From the NCBI GenBank assembly GCA_031422435.1, contig JANPLU010000110.1:1-25715 (forward strand): a stretch of DNA of 25,715 nt. Reading direction: 5' to 3'. Shown in pieces: positions 17,893 to 25,715 of the stretch; the stretch's first letter is position 1; each line of letters starts with the position of its first letter. The stretch comes from Acaryochloridaceae cyanobacterium VAR_48_metabat_390. GTDB taxonomy: Bacteria; Cyanobacteriota; Cyanobacteriia; Thermosynechococcales; Thermosynechococcaceae. A program made the translations under genes and the position numbers. The notes beneath the pieces were generated by a model. The model saw only the letters and a program-made list of their open reading frames with translations. It had not been told where the DNA came from and did no database searches.

Positions 17893-18558
17893 TTGAGGAA
17901 TATAGTCGTGTTAGTGATCGAACAGTTAAATCAGAAAGATAATGTTCTTGAGGCTCCCTATGTTGATCTTGATTTCAACATTATGGGAGAAACGCTACCT
18001 GCGGATCATGGGTATGGGTTGTATAGTGCGATCGCCCATCTTTGCCCTCAAGTCCACGAACAAGAAGGGTTGAGCATTCTAACGATCACAGGAATTCCTG
18101 ATAAAAAAGGCAAGATTTTTTTGACAGAGCGATCGCATTTACGCATTCGGTTGCCCTATGACTGTATGCCAATGGTCTATCACCTTGCAGGAAAACAGCT
18201 AACTATTGGGTCGCACTCAATTCGGTTGGGGATTCCACAGATTTTTATGTTACGTCCTGGGTCGAGGTTACGCGCTCGGATTGTGACGATTAAAAACCAT
18301 CAGGAGCCTGAGAGTTTTTTGGAAGCAGTAAGGTTGCAATTAGCTGCTTTGGGCGTTGTGGGGGAGGCAATTATACCTTTGGATGTGGAGGGTAGGCCTG
18401 CCCGAAAAACTATCAAAATCAAAACTTACTCTGTCGTTGGTTTTGGATTGGAGGTATCGGATTTAAGTGAGGAGGATTCGATCAAGTTACAGATTTCTGG
18501 ATTGGGTGGTAAGCACCGCATGGGGTGTGGTGTGTTTGTCCCGATGAAGGAGCTTTAA
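17893..18558 (+). CDS. cas6: Cas6 (Myxan-type I-B, Cmx6)
   Basis: LPADHGY.LYSAI, ARIVTIK, and the C-terminal G-rich loop GLGGKHRMGCGVF. Start uncertain (TTG 17893 or a downstream GTG). Confidence 0.9.
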   Translation: MRNIVVLVIEQLNQKDNVLEAPYVDLDFNIMGETLPADHGYGLYSAIAHLCPQVHEQEGLSILTITGIPDKKGKIFLTERSHLRIRLPYDCMPMVYHLAGKQLTIGSHSIRLGIPQIFMLRPGSRLRARIVTIKNHQEPESFLEAVRLQLAALGVVGEAIIPLDVEGRPARKTIKIKTYSVVGFGLEVSDLSEEDSIKLQISGLGGKHRMGCGVFVPMKEL

Positions 18559-18561
18559 GGA

Positions 18562-20922
18562 ATGACAAACTTGCCAGAACAACTATTAGCGAAAAGTAAA
18601 CTTAAAGATCGTCCACCAGTCACCTTACAAAAGCATCTGTTAGATACAGAAAAATCTGCCTGCCAAATTTTCCGTTTAAATGGACGTTGGGGAAAAAATT
18701 GGTGTCGTTTTTTCAAATTGATAACTGAGGAGGAACAACAGAAATTTATTTTGAATTTGCAAGTTTCGGCATTGTTTCATGACATTGGCAAGGCAAATGA
18801 AGAATTTTATAAAGCGGTCACAGGAAAATGCGACCAGACTTTTCGGCACGAACATATCAGCGCTTTGATACTGCATTTACCTCAAGTACGTTCTTGGTTA
18901 AATAGAGCGCCTTTAGATGTTGAAGTCATTACAGCAGCCGTTTTATCTCATCATTTGAAGGCTTCTGAGAAAGGCGATCGCCAATGGGCAAGTCCACGCA
19001 AGGGGACTCGTGGTAAAGCAGTTCAGCTTTATTTACTCCATGATGAAGTTAAAAGTATTTTGCTAAAAATTGCTAAGATTGCAGTTCTTGATGTACCACC
19101 TGAACTAAATTTTTCTACGTTCTCTCAAGATGCGATGTGGGGCAAAGCATGGAAGGAGGGAATTGATACTGCAAAGAAACTGATGCGTGATATTACTGAA
19201 GAAAGAAGAAGTCTGCTTTTAGCAGTTAAAGCAGGGCTGATTGTTTCTGATGCAGCGGCTTCAGGGCTAGTGAGAGAGAATAAAAATATTGATGAGTGGA
19301 TTGAAGATGTTGTGCATGGTGATGCGATCGCTAGCGCAGACATTACTGAAAACATTTTGGCTAAACGTGCGGCTCAAATCTTTGCAATCACTCAAAAGCC
19401 TTTTGAATTGCATAACTTTCAAAAGTTAGCGGCGCAGCAAGGATCGCGGGTTTTGCTTTTAGCGGCTTGTGGTGCAGGCAAAACTCTAGCAGCCTGGAAA
19501 TGGGCTGAAGAGCAGGTTAAGCATTGCAAGGTTGGGAAAGTTATTTTTCTTTATCCCACACGCGGTACAGCTATGGAGGGGTTTAAAGATTATGTGAGTT
19601 GGGCACCTGAAGCTGATGCAGCATTGGTGACAGGAACAGCACGCTATGAACTGGAGGCAATGGCAGATAATCCACCTGATTCGATGCAGGAAAAAGACTT
19701 TACAACTGATGATCGCCTATTCTCTCTAGGTTTTTGGTCGCGGCGATATTTTAGTGCGACGGTCGATCAATTTTTAGGCTTTATGGAACATAGCTATGGT
19801 GGCATCTGCCTTCTACCTGTTTTGGCTGATAGCGTCGTGATTATCGATGAGATTCATAGTTTCGATTTGAAGATGTTTGATAGTTTGATTGCTTTCCTAA
19901 AATATTTTGATATCCCAGTTCTTTGCATGACTGCGACTTTGCCTCCGTCTCGGCGCAAACAGCTTGTAGAGGTGGGGTTACAGGTTTATCCGACGGAAAG
20001 CGATTACCAAAGCCTAAAAGATCTAGAAATCAAAGAGAATCACCCACGCTATCAAATCCAACCTGTAGAGGTTTTTAATGAAGCCTTTGCAAAAGCTATA
20101 GCTGCTTATAGGCAAGGTAAAAGGATTCTATGGGTTGTAAATACAGTTGATCGCTGTTTGGCAATTTCTAAGCGGCTTGCAAATGAACTGAAATTAGAAG
20201 TGTTGACATATCACAGCCGATTTCGATTGATGGATCGCCAGAAAGTTCATGCTGACACTGTCAAGGCATTTGCTTTTCAAAAAGATGGCGATCGTAAACC
20301 CGCAATCGCAGTAACGACCCAAGTTTGTGAAATGTCTCTAGATTTAGACGCCGATGTTTTGATTACCGAATTTGCGCCAATTTCTTCGCTAGTTCAACGT
20401 TTTGGAAGAGCTAACCGCCATCCAGACTCTAGAACAGATAGAACTTTTAAAGCCAGACTTCATGTCTATAAACCACCGAAGGATTTGCCCTATGATCGCA
20501 AAGAGCTTGAAACCGCCCAAAGATTTATTGACGAGTTAGGCATCGGTGACATTAGCCAAAATCGTTTAGCGGTCGCTTTAGAAAAGTTTGCCAATGAGGA
20601 GAGAAAAGCAGATGGAATGCCATCATTTTTTACGAGTGGTTATTTTGCCACAATGGGCAGTTTTCGCGATACCGATGAGTACGCGCTTCCTTGCGTTCTT
20701 GATCGCGATCTAGAAAAAGTTAAGGCACTTGTGGAATCTAGACCTAAGAAGCCATACGACGGATTCATTATCAATGTCCCAGTCCCACGCAAGGGAATAC
20801 ATTCTCTTGATGACAAGCCGAGTTGGTTGCCTAAATATTTGGGTGTGGCTCAGTGGGAAGGTAACTACGATGAGAAATCGGGATTCTCAACAAAGAATTT
20901 AGAGGAGGTCAATCTTGGTTAA
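18562..20922 (+). CDS. cas3: Cas3 HD nuclease-helicase
   Basis: HD domain (HDIGK, RHEH, LSHH, SDAAAS), Walker A CGAGKT, DEIH, TAT, YHSRF, TQVCEMSLD and QRFGRANR; appears intact. Confidence 0.95.
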   Translation: MTNLPEQLLAKSKLKDRPPVTLQKHLLDTEKSACQIFRLNGRWGKNWCRFFKLITEEEQQKFILNLQVSALFHDIGKANEEFYKAVTGKCDQTFRHEHISALILHLPQVRSWLNRAPLDVEVITAAVLSHHLKASEKGDRQWASPRKGTRGKAVQLYLLHDEVKSILLKIAKIAVLDVPPELNFSTFSQDAMWGKAWKEGIDTAKKLMRDITEERRSLLLAVKAGLIVSDAAASGLVRENKNIDEWIEDVVHGDAIASADITENILAKRAAQIFAITQKPFELHNFQKLAAQQGSRVLLLAACGAGKTLAAWKWAEEQVKHCKVGKVIFLYPTRGTAMEGFKDYVSWAPEADAALVTGTARYELEAMADNPPDSMQEKDFTTDDRLFSLGFWSRRYFSATVDQFLGFMEHSYGGICLLPVLADSVVIIDEIHSFDLKMFDSLIAFLKYFDIPVLCMTATLPPSRRKQLVEVGLQVYPTESDYQSLKDLEIKENHPRYQIQPVEVFNEAFAKAIAAYRQGKRILWVVNTVDRCLAISKRLANELKLEVLTYHSRFRLMDRQKVHADTVKAFAFQKDGDRKPAIAVTTQVCEMSLDLDADVLITEFAPISSLVQRFGRANRHPDSRTDRTFKARLHVYKPPKDLPYDRKELETAQRFIDELGIGDISQNRLAVALEKFANEERKADGMPSFFTSGYFATMGSFRDTDEYALPCVLDRDLEKVKALVESRPKKPYDGFIINVPVPRKGIHSLDDKPSWLPKYLGVAQWEGNYDEKSGFSTKNLEEVNLG

Positions 20923-22567
20923 GAGAAATTCTAAACAGATGTCTCTTCTATCAGAGAATAAGGTATTGACACTTGACTATACGTTAGCTGAGTTACCATC
21001 TTCACAGCATCGATCTGGTTTGGCTGGATTGGTTTTGATGGTGAGATGGTTGCATCGTTTTGATGCATGGAAACAGGATAGTTCTGCTATTTGCGAGATC
21101 GAGAATTTAAGTGATCGCTCAGTCACCTTACGAGTTAACCAGTTAGGTTTACAAACTCTATTCAATGAGGTTTATCGAGCCTACTTTGAAGAGCGTAACT
21201 ACGATCAACCCAAAACGAAAGGGAAAGGCGAAAAAAAGACTATAGTTCCTTGGAAAGGATATCCTGATCCAGGAAGTATAAAGGATGAAAAAACTGGGAA
21301 GAGCAAAAAAGTCTATCCCTATGATGATGTTATCCCCAAGGGTGCATTTATTGCTGATATCGATCCTGATGGAGATCGCGGTCGATGGATTAAACTGTGG
21401 CGAGATTTGCTTTGGAGCATTTTGCGTGGTGTACCAGCTACGCGATCGCCCTATGAGTCAAGAGCGAATGGTAACTATACTGATGATGCCGATAAGGTAT
21501 GGAAAGAGCTGTTACAACCTGCTGAATTTACAGTCGATCTGCCCAGTACATATTATATTGGAGCGCAAGCCAGCAATCCTGAAAATGTGCCTTTTAAGGA
21601 TCGCGCAAGGTATCAATTTCTTTTACATTTTTGGGTGTTTGCTGCTTCTGTTTATGTACCAGCCGTCATCAATAATGAAGGAAAGCGCGATTTTGTGGGT
21701 TATGCAATAGCTATCCCTGACATCGCACAGCTAGGACTCTTCTGTGATGAATTTCTAGGACTATTGAAAGAACGTGGAAATGAAGTCACAGGCTATCGTC
21801 CCCGTGATGCTGTCGTCGATTTAGCAGTGGAAGGGGCGCTAGACCTGATGGCTAGATTGCGTGATCGCGTCTCTAGATTAGAAACTAGCATTGGCGATCT
21901 GGTCATGAGTGTAGATGTGATTCACACCGAAAAGCAAGGCAATAATGTTCGAATTCTCGGCGCAGCTCGTCTCGATCCACCCGAAAGAGAATGGATTGAT
22001 AAGTATCGCGAAATTCGAGAACACTTGTGGAACGCTACATTTCGCCACCAAAGATTACTCAATCTAGTGAGTAATAAAGCTTGGTATATGGGATTTGATT
22101 CGCTACTATGTACCATTGCCTATAAACAAACGATGGAAAATGACTATTTCTGTCATGATGTTCGCGAATCATTCAAATATGAGGTAGAAAATATGACCGA
22201 TGAAACAGAACAAAGTTCTAATGTTGAAGTTGCCGAATACTCTTGCGAAAAACTTGTTTTACGCTTGGTCAAGTCCTATGTCTTGAGTAAATTAGATGGT
22301 AAATATCAACTCAATTGGAAAGAGGTAGAAGGATCGCCGAAAGAGAAGGAGTATCGCGAGAAGAAGGCTAAAATTGCTAAGTCTGCTTTTCTAGATGTTC
22401 GCAGCCGCACTGAAAAGTCTGACTTTATCAATTACTTTGCTTCCACGATTTGCTCTGTATCACAGCGAATGAACGAGGATAGTTTTGAGAAATTAACTCG
22501 CGATCTCTATGAAGACACAGACAAAGTGCGTACTTTGACGATGCTTGCCCTCTCTGCTAACAGCTAA
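20915..22567 (+). CDS. cas8: Cas8 large subunit (Myxan-type Cas8a1/Cmx1)
   Basis: LAELPSSQHRSGLAGL, WIKLWRD.LW.ILRGVPATR, FLLHFW and TMLALSANS motifs; positioned between cas3 and cas7. Confidence 0.85.
   Translation: MVKRNSKQMSLLSENKVLTLDYTLAELPSSQHRSGLAGLVLMVRWLHRFDAWKQDSSAICEIENLSDRSVTLRVNQLGLQTLFNEVYRAYFEERNYDQPKTKGKGEKKTIVPWKGYPDPGSIKDEKTGKSKKVYPYDDVIPKGAFIADIDPDGDRGRWIKLWRDLLWSILRGVPATRSPYESRANGNYTDDADKVWKELLQPAEFTVDLPSTYYIGAQASNPENVPFKDRARYQFLLHFWVFAASVYVPAVINNEGKRDFVGYAIAIPDIAQLGLFCDEFLGLLKERGNEVTGYRPRDAVVDLAVEGALDLMARLRDRVSRLETSIGDLVMSVDVIHTEKQGNNVRILGAARLDPPEREWIDKYREIREHLWNATFRHQRLLNLVSNKAWYMGFDSLLCTIAYKQTMENDYFCHDVRESFKYEVENMTDETEQSSNVEVAEYSCEKLVLRLVKSYVLSKLDGKYQLNWKEVEGSPKEKEYREKKAKIAKSAFLDVRSRTEKSDFINYFASTICSVSQRMNEDSFEKLTRDLYEDTDKVRTLTMLALSANS
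22193..22567 (+). CDS. cas11: Cas11 small subunit from internal in-frame start in cas8
   Basis: SD-like GAGGT (22181-22185) precedes an in-frame ATG (cas8 codon 427, MTDETEQ…), giving a 124-aa helical C-terminal product. Confidence 0.7.
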   Translation: MTDETEQSSNVEVAEYSCEKLVLRLVKSYVLSKLDGKYQLNWKEVEGSPKEKEYREKKAKIAKSAFLDVRSRTEKSDFINYFASTICSVSQRMNEDSFEKLTRDLYEDTDKVRTLTMLALSANS

Positions 22568-22589
22568 TTTTTGATCATAGGAAAAATTA

Positions 22590-23471
22590 ATGACTAACAA
22601 GAATTTATTTGCAACCGTTCTCACTTATGCTGCACCAAGCTCTAACTATCGTGGTGAAAGCGAAGAGAATCGAACCGTTCTCCAGAAAATTGCCAAAGAC
22701 AAGAAAGAATATACGGTGATCAGCCCAGAATCGATGCGAAATGCTTTACGCGAAAGGTTGATCGCCGCAGGTGTGCCATCTAACAGAAAGCGTTTGCACG
22801 ATCAAGATCAACTTGCCGTTGAGTTCCAAGAGTTTCCAAATGCTGCCAAGTATGCCGATGACTTTTTGTTTGGCTTCATGGTTGCCGATAATGACGCGAT
22901 TAAAAAGAACAAAGGAATGCCGCCTAAGCGCGATAGTATTCTGCGGATGAATATTGCATTAGCTTTAAATCCCTACAGATTTGATGCGACTTTTCATCAG
23001 TCTCCCCAAAATGCGGGAGTTAGTCCTTGGAAAAATTCGGTTAACTCTGCACTACTACATCGTGAGATTTCCCACACAGCTTATCAATATCCTTTTGCAC
23101 TCGCTTACAATGACTGCAAGAGTCAGCCTGATTGGGTGAAAGCTTTGCTCAAAGCAATTAGCGAGCTTTCGGATGTAGCAGGTGGTCATGCACGTAGCTA
23201 TTACGAAATGGCTCCCAAAAGCATTGTTGCGCGGCTTACTCCTTGCCTCGTGGCAGGGTTTAATACTTACGGATTTGATGAAAATGGTAATTTCCCAGAA
23301 TTGTCGCGATTGAAACCTGACGATTTGCCTGCTGACGAGTTTTGGATGGGTGGCGAGATTGTTCGTAATATGAAATCAGAGGAACGCAAACGCTTCCAAG
23401 ATGCTGGCGCTAAGCTATACGAAAATCCGCAAAAGTTGCTTGCTGACCTTGCAAACGACTTTTTAGATTAG
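22590..23471 (+). CDS. cas7: Cas7 (DevR/Cst2-like)
   Basis: SNYRGESEENRTVLQKI, ISPESMRNALRE, DDFLFGFM, SALLHRE and VAGGHAR motifs. Confidence 0.9.
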   Translation: MTNKNLFATVLTYAAPSSNYRGESEENRTVLQKIAKDKKEYTVISPESMRNALRERLIAAGVPSNRKRLHDQDQLAVEFQEFPNAAKYADDFLFGFMVADNDAIKKNKGMPPKRDSILRMNIALALNPYRFDATFHQSPQNAGVSPWKNSVNSALLHREISHTAYQYPFALAYNDCKSQPDWVKALLKAISELSDVAGGHARSYYEMAPKSIVARLTPCLVAGFNTYGFDENGNFPELSRLKPDDLPADEFWMGGEIVRNMKSEERKRFQDAGAKLYENPQKLLADLANDFLD

Positions 23472-23480
23472 GAGAGCGCC

Positions 23481-24194
23481 ATGAATTGTATGTGGTTGCG
23501 TATTCGTGCGCCCTTTGCTGCCTATCGTGGTTTTCAGGCTGGCGTGTATCGTTCGACGATGCCGATTATGCCGCCATCTGCTGCTTTGGGTTTGGTTCTA
23601 AACCTTGCTGGAATTGAAATGCGGACTGGGCTGGATAAACCAACAACCCAGATTCGTGAAGATATTCCCCATTTGCAGCTAGCGATCGGTGCAGTTGATG
23701 GTTCGGAGAGTGAGGTGTGTTCTCTTTATCAGCAACTTCACAGTTATCCAGTTGGCAATTCTGGCAAAGAGACCTTAAAACCTCTCACTAAAGGTGCAAA
23801 ATTCTGGATTGTTCCCGTGCGAAGAGAGTTACTGGTTGGGCTAGATATGATTATCGGTATTCAGGAATTTGAAGGCTTATTTGATCGCATCCGGCAGGGT
23901 TTGCGAGGTGAGCTAAATGATTGTCGCTATGGTATGCCCTTTGCCGGAGATAATAATTTCCTCTTTGATCGCATTGATATTATCGACAGTCCGCCGTTAA
24001 CGCACTGGTATGAAAAGATGGAAATTGATTCAGCACCCCGCAAACGATCGCAACGATTGACCGTCGGCATTAATCGCCTTGATAACAGCAAAACCACGAG
24101 CTATCTATTTGCCCCGATCGCTTCACCATCTATCGAGCCACCAACCCTAGCTTGGACGTGGTCTCCCAAAGAACCTCAGTCAATCTCTGCATAG
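23481..24194 (+). CDS. cas5: Cas5 (DevS/Cmx5-like)
   Basis: LRIRAPFAAYR, PPSAALGLVLNLAGIE, YQQLHSYPVG, PVRRELL and RYGMPFAGDNNF motifs. Confidence 0.9.
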   Translation: MNCMWLRIRAPFAAYRGFQAGVYRSTMPIMPPSAALGLVLNLAGIEMRTGLDKPTTQIREDIPHLQLAIGAVDGSESEVCSLYQQLHSYPVGNSGKETLKPLTKGAKFWIVPVRRELLVGLDMIIGIQEFEGLFDRIRQGLRGELNDCRYGMPFAGDNNFLFDRIDIIDSPPLTHWYEKMEIDSAPRKRSQRLTVGINRLDNSKTTSYLFAPIASPSIEPPTLAWTWSPKEPQSISA

Positions 24195-24301
24195 ATTCTC
24201 ATGCTTTGAAGACATCAATGGTGTGCGATTGCTCCACTCAAAGACAATCGCCTCAACCCATTTCGCTCTAAATTTTAGTGATAATCCTCACCTTAATCCT
24301 T

Positions 24302-24616
24302 ATGAATCTTCAAAATATAGACCTCCCCCTTACCAAAATTCAAAGCACCTGTAAACGCTGGAAAATCCAAGAACTCGCTCTCTTTGGCTCTGTCCTTCGA
24401 GATGATTTTCGAGCTGATAGCGATATTGACCTGCTCGTCACATTTGAGCCTGACGCTAAACGAGGGCTTACCGAAACCTTGCAAATTCAGGATGAATTTC
24501 AAACACTTTTTGGACGCAAAGTTGACCTGATCGTCAAAAGCGCCATCGAACGAAGTGATAACTGGCTACGCAAGAAAAATATTCTAGAATCAGCCCAAAA
24601 TATTTATTTCGCGTGA
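24302..24616 (+). CDS. Minimal nucleotidyltransferase (MNT) antitoxin
   Basis: LFGSVLRDDFRADSDIDLLV (GS-x10-DxD) and LFGRKVDL; ATG at 24302. Confidence 0.9.
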   Translation: MNLQNIDLPLTKIQSTCKRWKIQELALFGSVLRDDFRADSDIDLLVTFEPDAKRGLTETLQIQDEFQTLFGRKVDLIVKSAIERSDNWLRKKNILESAQNIYFA

Positions 24617-24932
24617 CCTAGAATCTCTCATTGATATTCAAAATGCAGCACAACGGATCAAGCGATATGTTGATGGCATCAGCCGCTCAGCGTTAGAAGA
24701 AAATGACGAAAAACTCTCAGCCATTCTTTATCAAATTACTATCATTGGCGAAGCCACAAAGCGGATTTCTTCTGAATTCCGCGCTCAGCATCCTGAAATA
24801 CCTTGGCGAGAAATGGCTGGAATGCGCGATGTTATTATGCATGAGTACGATCAGCTTGATTTTGAGGTGATATGGGATGTCGTCAGTCACAAATTAGATG
24901 AACTACTCAGTCTTAGCGAGCATCTATCTTAA
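24606..24932 (+). CDS. HEPN (DUF86/HepT-like) RNase toxin with non-canonical ATT start or lost start
   Basis: Not in the ORF track. Frame reads (I)SRDLESLIDI…IIGEATKRIS.EFR.QHPEIPWREMAGMRDVIMHEYDQLDFEVIWDV…*, 108 aa, with intact R-x4-H-x-Y motif. Confidence 0.8.
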   Translation: MSRDLESLIDIQNAAQRIKRYVDGISRSALEENDEKLSAILYQITIIGEATKRISSEFRAQHPEIPWREMAGMRDVIMHEYDQLDFEVIWDVVSHKLDELLSLSEHLS

Positions 24933-25061
24933 AGTATGTGCGATCGCCCCACCCTTACCTCACCGAAGGGCGATCGTCTTCTCTTCAGCTCTAAAAGCTA
25001 CACTAAAGCATAACCTCCTGAGCAAGGAGGTTATGCAAGCGCCAACTCAGGAGTCAACACT

Positions 25062-25280
25062 ATGATGTCGCCTCAATTGCTCATTACTCTCGAAAAACTT
25101 CCTGAACCCCTTCAGAAAGAGGTTTTGCACTATGCTGAATTTCTAGCAAATAGATATAGTCAAGACCAACCTGAACCTAGTTTGCCGACAAAACGTCGTC
25201 AAGCAGGCATAATGAAAGGCTTGATTTTGATGTCAGATGATTTTGACGCACCGCTTGAAGACTTGAAAGATTACATGTAA
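25062..25280 (+). CDS. DUF2281-type antitoxin
   Basis: LPEPLQKEVLHYAEFL…R.AG..KG.I.MSDDFDAPLED; directly upstream of the PIN gene. Confidence 0.85.
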   Translation: MMSPQLLITLEKLPEPLQKEVLHYAEFLANRYSQDQPEPSLPTKRRQAGIMKGLILMSDDFDAPLEDLKDYM

Positions 25281-25287
25281 ATAGTCA

Positions 25288-25575
25288 ATGTTGCTAGACA
25301 CTCATGCTCTCCTCTGGTTTCTAGATAATGATGATCGTCTCCCCACTTATACAAAAGCACAGATCGAAACCACTGAAACTGTACTTGTCAGTATTGCTTC
25401 CCTTTGGGAAATTGCCATCAAGGCAAATATAGGGAAACTGACTCTGAAAACAACGTTCATCGCCATTCAGCAAAGCCTGATTACTCTGGGCATTAATATC
25501 ATTCCTATCACATTTATGGATACTGAAACCTATATTTCACTGCCGCTCCATCATCGTGACCCCTTTGATAGAATC
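25288..25575 (+). pseudogene. vapC: PIN/VapC toxin truncated by IS insertion
   Basis: LLDTHALLW, VSIASLWEIAIK and LP.HHRDPFDR; the sequence switches to the IS end at 25576, losing the expected …IAQA…T.D C-terminus. Confidence 0.8.
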
Positions 25576-25715
25576 GGGAGCATCTCACTTTTGCGATAAG
25601 TATTTATACTCAAGCATTTAAGACATTAAAAACGGGAGACTTGAGGCACTGTACTTGGAGTGAAGCGTATGACTCCCGAAGAAAAACAGACCATAAAAGT
25701 CCACTTGGATGCCGT
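25576..25715 (+). mobile_element. Left end of an ISKra4-like insertion sequence with transposase start
   Basis: Terminal GGGAGCATCTCACTTTTGC. ORF from 25669 reads MTPEEKQTIKVHLDA… with a GGAG RBS, resembling cyanobacterial ISKra4-family transposase N-termini; runs off the window. Confidence 0.65.

Noticed and set aside
15619..24194. CRISPR-associated transposon (type I-B CAST) with a homing spacer
   Set aside because: No tnsA/B/C or tniQ in the window, Cas3 is intact, and the spacer's visible match is the local promoter.
18676..24502. Short alternate ORFs in the cas genes and MNT (including 21285-21710)
   Set aside because: Shadow frames without recognisable domains; only the in-frame cas11 start has RBS and precedent.

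Overview
Cyanobacterial chromosomal segment (about 20 HIP1 GCGATCGC octamers; split-intein dnaE-N), with an insertion sequence cut at each window edge. Left: an AT-rich, HIP1-free pair of dynamin-like GTPases (LeoBC + LeoA, Eleos-type defence), where LeoA is truncated by an IS903-group (IS5 family) element. Middle: dnaE-N with its N-intein, thiG, ECF sigma sigG plus anti-sigma, a branched-chain/neutral amino-acid ABC operon interrupted by DUF29, a frameshifted RDD gene and a VapBC pair, and map. Right: WYL regulator, Uma2 nuclease, and a Myxan-type I-B interference operon (cas6-cas3-cas8[+internal cas11]-cas7-cas5) with no cas1/2/4 or long array in the window. This is followed by MNT-HEPN and DUF2281-PIN toxin-antitoxin pairs and an ISKra4-like element. 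Most notable: a one-spacer mini-CRISPR (17352-17447). Its spacer matches 20/26 nt, with mismatches including positions 6, 12 and 18, to a site about 70 nt past the spacer end (17492-17517). That site has a 5'-ATG PAM and sits just upstream of a TTGACA promoter in front of an unknown 75-aa CxxC/coiled-coil ORF and the cas operon. This is a candidate crRNA-guided repression circuit (CreR/CreA-like), possibly guarding a new protein toxin.
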